From the NCBI GenBank assembly GCA_021324235.1, contig JAJPJM010000153.1:471-64470 (forward strand): 64,000 nt of DNA, given 5' to 3'. The DNA comes from Verrucomicrobiota bacterium (GTDB lineage: Bacteria; Verrucomicrobiota; Verrucomicrobiia; Limisphaerales; UBA11358). Under the pieces are notes generated by a model that was given only the letters and a program-made list of their open reading frames with translations, searched no databases and was not told the origin of the DNA. The position numbers and the translations under genes are program-made. The first letter of the stretch is position 1. Every line of letters begins with the position of its first letter. Shown here piece after piece: positions 60,885 to 64,000 of the stretch.

Positions 60885-62369
60885 ATGGGCAAACCTACAG
60901 GATTCATCGAGTATCTGCGCGAACTTCCGGCGGACCGTCCGCCGGTCGAGCGCGTCGCGGATTGGAAGGAATTTCACTTCCACATGGAGGAGAAGAAACT
61001 GCGCGAACAGGGAGCGCGCTGCATGGATTGCGGCATTCCGTTCTGCCACACCGGTTCGCTCCTGAGCGGCATGGCCACCGGCTGCCCCATTCATAATCTG
61101 ATTCCCGAATGGAACGACCTGGTCTATCGCGGTCTGTGGAAGGAAGCGCTCGAACGCCTGCATAAGACCAACAACTTTCCCGATTTCACCGGGCGCGTCT
61201 GCCCGGCGCCCTGCGAAGGTTCTTGCGTGTTGGGCATCAATAACCCGCCGGTCACCATTAAAAACATCGAGTGCACCATCGCCGACCACGGCTGGGAAAA
61301 TGGCTGGATCGTGGCGGAACCGCCCAAGCACCGTACCGGCAAAAAAGTCGCGGTCATCGGTTCCGGTCCGGCGGGGCTTTGTGCCGCCGCGCAACTCAAC
61401 AAGGCCGGCCATCTGGTCACCATTTTCGAACGTGCCGACCGCCCCGGCGGACTGCTCATGTACGGCATCCCCAACATGAAACTCGACAAGGAGCAGGTCG
61501 TATTGCGCCGCATCAAACAGATGGAAGCGGAGGGCATCCGGTTCGTTTGCAACACCGAGGTCGGGGCGAATTATCCGGCGGAGAAATTATTGAAGGAGTT
61601 TGATGCCACGATTCTGGCGACCGGCGCGACCAAGCCGCGCGATTTGCCCGTCGAAGGCCGCCATCTCAAAGGTGTTCATTTCGCGATGGATTTTCTCACC
61701 GCGAACACCAAAAGCGTTCTGGATGGCAGGAAAAACGGCAATTTCATTTCTGCCACGGGCAAGGACGTCGTCGTCATCGGCGGCGGTGACACGGGAACGG
61801 ACTGTGTGGGCACGGCGGTGCGTCACAGTTGCAACAGCCTGGTCCAGATCGAGATTTTGCCCAAACCGCCGGGGGACCGCGCCCAGGACAATCCCTGGCC
61901 GGAATGGCCGAAGGTTTACCGGCTGGATTACGGTCAGGAGGAAGCGGCGGCGAAATTCGGCGCCGACCCGCGCGTGTACCTTGCCACCGCGACGAAGTTT
62001 GAAGGTGATGCGACCGGCCATGTCAAAGCCATCCATACCGTGCAAGTGCAATGGGAGCGGAACGAGAAGGGCCAGTTTGTGCCGAAAAACGTTCCCGGCA
62101 CGGAAAAAGTATTGCCGGCGCAACTGGTCCTGTTGGCCATGGGCTTTCTGGGTCCGGAACAGCCATTACTGGAAGTCCTTGGCATTGAACGCGATCCGCG
62201 CAGCAACGCCAAGGCCGAATTTGAGAAATACACCACGAATATCAAGGGAGTGTTCGCCGCCGGGGATTGCCGCCGTGGCCAAAGCCTGGTGGTGTGGGCG
62301 TTCAATGAAGGCCGCGGCGCGGCTCGCGAGTGTGACCGCTATCTGATGGGACAAACCGATTTGCCGTGA
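60885..62369 (+). CDS. gltD: Glutamate synthase small subunit (NADPH)
   Basis: [12 protein letters not shown] and CPAPCEGSC Fe-S motifs, plus the [14 protein letters not shown] dinucleotide fold. Confidence 0.95.
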   Translation: MGKPTGFIEYLRELPADRPPVERVADWKEFHFHMEEKKLREQGARCMDCGIPFCHTGSLLSGMATGCPIHNLIPEWNDLVYRGLWKEALERLHKTNNFPDFTGRVCPAPCEGSCVLGINNPPVTIKNIECTIADHGWENGWIVAEPPKHRTGKKVAVIGSGPAGLCAAAQLNKAGHLVTIFERADRPGGLLMYGIPNMKLDKEQVVLRRIKQMEAEGIRFVCNTEVGANYPAEKLLKEFDATILATGATKPRDLPVEGRHLKGVHFAMDFLTANTKSVLDGRKNGNFISATGKDVVVIGGGDTGTDCVGTAVRHSCNSLVQIEILPKPPGDRAQDNPWPEWPKVYRLDYGQEEAAAKFGADPRVYLATATKFEGDATGHVKAIHTVQVQWERNEKGQFVPKNVPGTEKVLPAQLVLLAMGFLGPEQPLLEVLGIERDPRSNAKAEFEKYTTNIKGVFAAGDCRRGQSLVVWAFNEGRGAARECDRYLMGQTDLP

Positions 62370-62414
62370 GTAACGGGGTTGTCGCGTCAAAACAACTTTG
62401 CTATTTATCCGGCC

Positions 62415-62804
62415 ATGGCGCACGTTGACCGCATGACGCAGCCGCTCGCGCTCGTTTTTTACGAGAAGTTGATGCCCGGCAGCCAATTGGTAAACCGGCT
62501 GCAGGACTTGAACTATCGTGTCCAGGCGGTCAATGACCTGGCGTCGCTGCTTCAATGTGCACGCAGTACCAGTCCATTGCTGGTGATTGCGGATTTGGCC
62601 GGGCGCGAGGAGGTTTGCCGCGTGATTGCGGCATTAAAGGCGGACGCCGCCACCCAACACATCCCCGTCATCGCTTTCGCGGGCGAACCGGCGGCGGAAT
62701 GGCAGGCGGCGGCGCAAAAAGCCGGGGCCACGCTGGCGGTCAGCGAAGCGGCCATCATCAATTACCTGCCTCAACTGCTCGATCAGGCGTTGCAATTGGA
62801 GTGA
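62415..62804 (+). CDS. Stand-alone receiver-like (CheY-fold) protein lacking the usual N-terminal acidic pair
   Basis: ..LALVFYEK.. replaces the DD pocket. ..LLVIADLAG.. and ..IPVIAFAG.. fit a REC topology. Start uncertain (62379 TTG, 62415 or 62433 ATG). Confidence 0.5.
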   Translation: MAHVDRMTQPLALVFYEKLMPGSQLVNRLQDLNYRVQAVNDLASLLQCARSTSPLLVIADLAGREEVCRVIAALKADAATQHIPVIAFAGEPAAEWQAAAQKAGATLAVSEAAIINYLPQLLDQALQLE

Positions 62805-62848
62805 GTTGGCCGGTTGGCAAATGTTAAAATCGTGTTAAAAACTTGTGC

Positions 62849-62877
62849 TTGACGGCGACGCAATAACTTTCTATTGT
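62849..62877 (+). promoter_or_regulatory. Candidate sigma-70 promoter of cspA
   Basis: TTGACG-N17-TATTGT. Implies a roughly 100-nt 5' UTR, as is usual for cold-shock genes. An AGGAG Shine-Dalgarno lies 7 nt before the ATG. Confidence 0.5.
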
Positions 62878-62981
62878 CGTGCAAACAGGCATGAGTGGAT
62901 TTGACTAGTGACTGTAGGCACGGCTGGATTCAGTCGTGTCTTTTTCGCTTCAAAGTCAAGCCTCGGAAGTCAGGAGAGATT

Positions 62982-63191
62982 ATGGCCAGTGGCAAAGTTA
63001 AGTGGTTCGATAATAAAAAAGGGTTTGGGTTTATCGCCCAAAGTTCCGGGCAGGACGTGTTTGTTCACCATTCGTCCATTGTGGGCACGGGATTCAAAAC
63101 ACTGAACGAGGGAGACGATGTCTTGTTTGATGTCGTCGTCAGTGACAAGGGGTTGAAAGCCCAAAACGTTCAGCGCGTGCACCAGCAGTAA
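62982..63191 (+). CDS. cspA: Cold-shock protein, CspA family
   Basis: ORF 62895..63191(+), trimmed to MASGKVKWFDNKKGFGFI (RNP1) ..DVFVHHS (RNP2); 69 aa. Confidence 0.9.
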   Translation: MASGKVKWFDNKKGFGFIAQSSGQDVFVHHSSIVGTGFKTLNEGDDVLFDVVVSDKGLKAQNVQRVHQQ

Positions 63192-63278
63192 CTCTGTACT
63201 GCCGTCGTCGGAATATAATTGAGCGGCCCCGAGGATTAAGATTCGCCACCGGTGGTTGGAAGGGGGTAGATTGTCTTC

Positions 63279-64000
63279 ATGCTGGATTCAAAGGTAACGC
63301 GGATTACCAGTCTGTATTTCCATGTGCCGTTTTGCGCGCAAAAATGCGCGTATTGCGCATTTTACTCCGAACCGTCCAGCGGCGAACTCATCAACCGTTA
63401 CGTGGCCGCCTTGATCCGCGAGCTGGAAATCGTTGCGGACGACTTGCGTCCGCACACCATTTTCTTTGGCGGTGGCACGCCCTCGCTGCTCAACCTCCGC
63501 CAGTGGGAACAAATCCTCCAGGCCATGGAACGCCTGAATCTCCTCGGAGCGGAGGAATTCACCGTCGAATGCAACCCCGCCACCGTCTCCGCCGACAAGG
63601 CCAGATTGTTTCGGGATTTTGGCGTCAACCGCGTTTCCATGGGCGTCCAGTCGCTCGACGAAGCCTTGCTCGACCGGTTGGGCCGGATTCATTCGCGCGC
63701 CATGGTCTTCAAATCATTCGATCTTTTGCGCCAGGCGGGTTTCGACAACCTGAACCTCGACCTGATGTTCGCGATTCCCGGCCAGACGCAGGCGATCTGG
63801 CGGGCCACGCTGGACGAGGCCCTGGCCCTGGGCAGCGAACACCTGTCCAGTTACGAAGTCATTTACGAGGACGACACCCCGCTGTTTGCCCAACTGCAGG
63901 CGGGAGAATTCGACGTGGACGAAGACCTGGCCTGTGCGATGTATGAGGAAATGATCGAGCGGGCGACGACCGCCGGTTTCCAGCAGTACGAAATCGCCAA
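63279..64000 (+). CDS. hemW: Radical SAM HemN-like protein (HemW-type haem chaperone), 5' part; continues beyond the window
   Basis: Not in ORF track (no stop in the window). ATG 63279. LYFHVPFCAQKCAYCAFYS cluster motif and FFGGGTPSLL. Confidence 0.8.
   Translation, partial: MLDSKVTRITSLYFHVPFCAQKCAYCAFYSEPSSGELINRYVAALIRELEIVADDLRPHTIFFGGGTPSLLNLRQWEQILQAMERLNLLGAEEFTVECNPATVSADKARLFRDFGVNRVSMGVQSLDEALLDRLGRIHSRAMVFKSFDLLRQAGFDNLNLDLMFAIPGQTQAIWRATLDEALALGSEHLSSYEVIYEDDTPLFAQLQAGEFDVDEDLACAMYEEMIERATTAGFQQYEIA

Noticed and set aside
63332-63946. 204-aa forward ORF and 134-aa reverse ORF (63288-63692) at the right end of the window
   Set aside because: The third forward frame, starting at ATG 63279, encodes a clear radical-SAM HemW/HemN-like protein (CAQKCAYC motif) that runs off the window. 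The listed ORFs are alternative-frame artefacts.

Overview
High-GC (roughly 60% by eye) bacterial chromosomal segment, densely coding on both strands. I support about 55 protein genes. I found no rRNA, tRNA, CRISPR array, transposase or integrase. The protein repertoire suggests a Verrucomicrobiota/PVC-type organism (inference only): PEP-CTERM tails, a planctomycete-type (PSCyt1-like) haem domain, a DUF1080 lectin-fold protein, several ECF sigma factors and Tat-exported enzymes. Housekeeping blocks: metK-ahcY with a divergent SahR-like regulator; leuS; coaX-birA-nadC; hemE-hemN-hemY-hemH; lgt; miaA; ilvB; prs-rplY-pth-rpsF-ssb-rplI; mnmA; gltBD; cspA; hemW (partial). Most interesting region: 11.0-18.1 kb. 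An ECF sigma/anti-sigma pair carries an internally duplicated anti-sigma domain. It sits divergently from a four-gene operon encoding a cupredoxin, a SCO1-type copper chaperone, a lipoprotein cytochrome with eight haem motifs, and an 805-aa haem-domain/predicted beta-barrel fusion. An identical GGGAAC-N17-CTCTTA promoter-like motif faces both ways. I read this as a candidate, atypically built porin-cytochrome (outer-membrane electron conduit) system. Other notable signals: a classical-looking Val-rich leader peptide plus attenuator upstream of ilvB; heptanucleotide tandem repeats and a terminal-inverted-repeat palindromic element sitting in frame inside leuS and miaA; an AT-rich (GATTAA)n inverted repeat in front of ilvB; a membrane-tethered ECF sigma fusion with an intragenic GC drop; and Lys/Ala/Glu-rich tails on ribosomal proteins L9 and L25. 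All calls come from reading the sequence and translations; no database search was possible.
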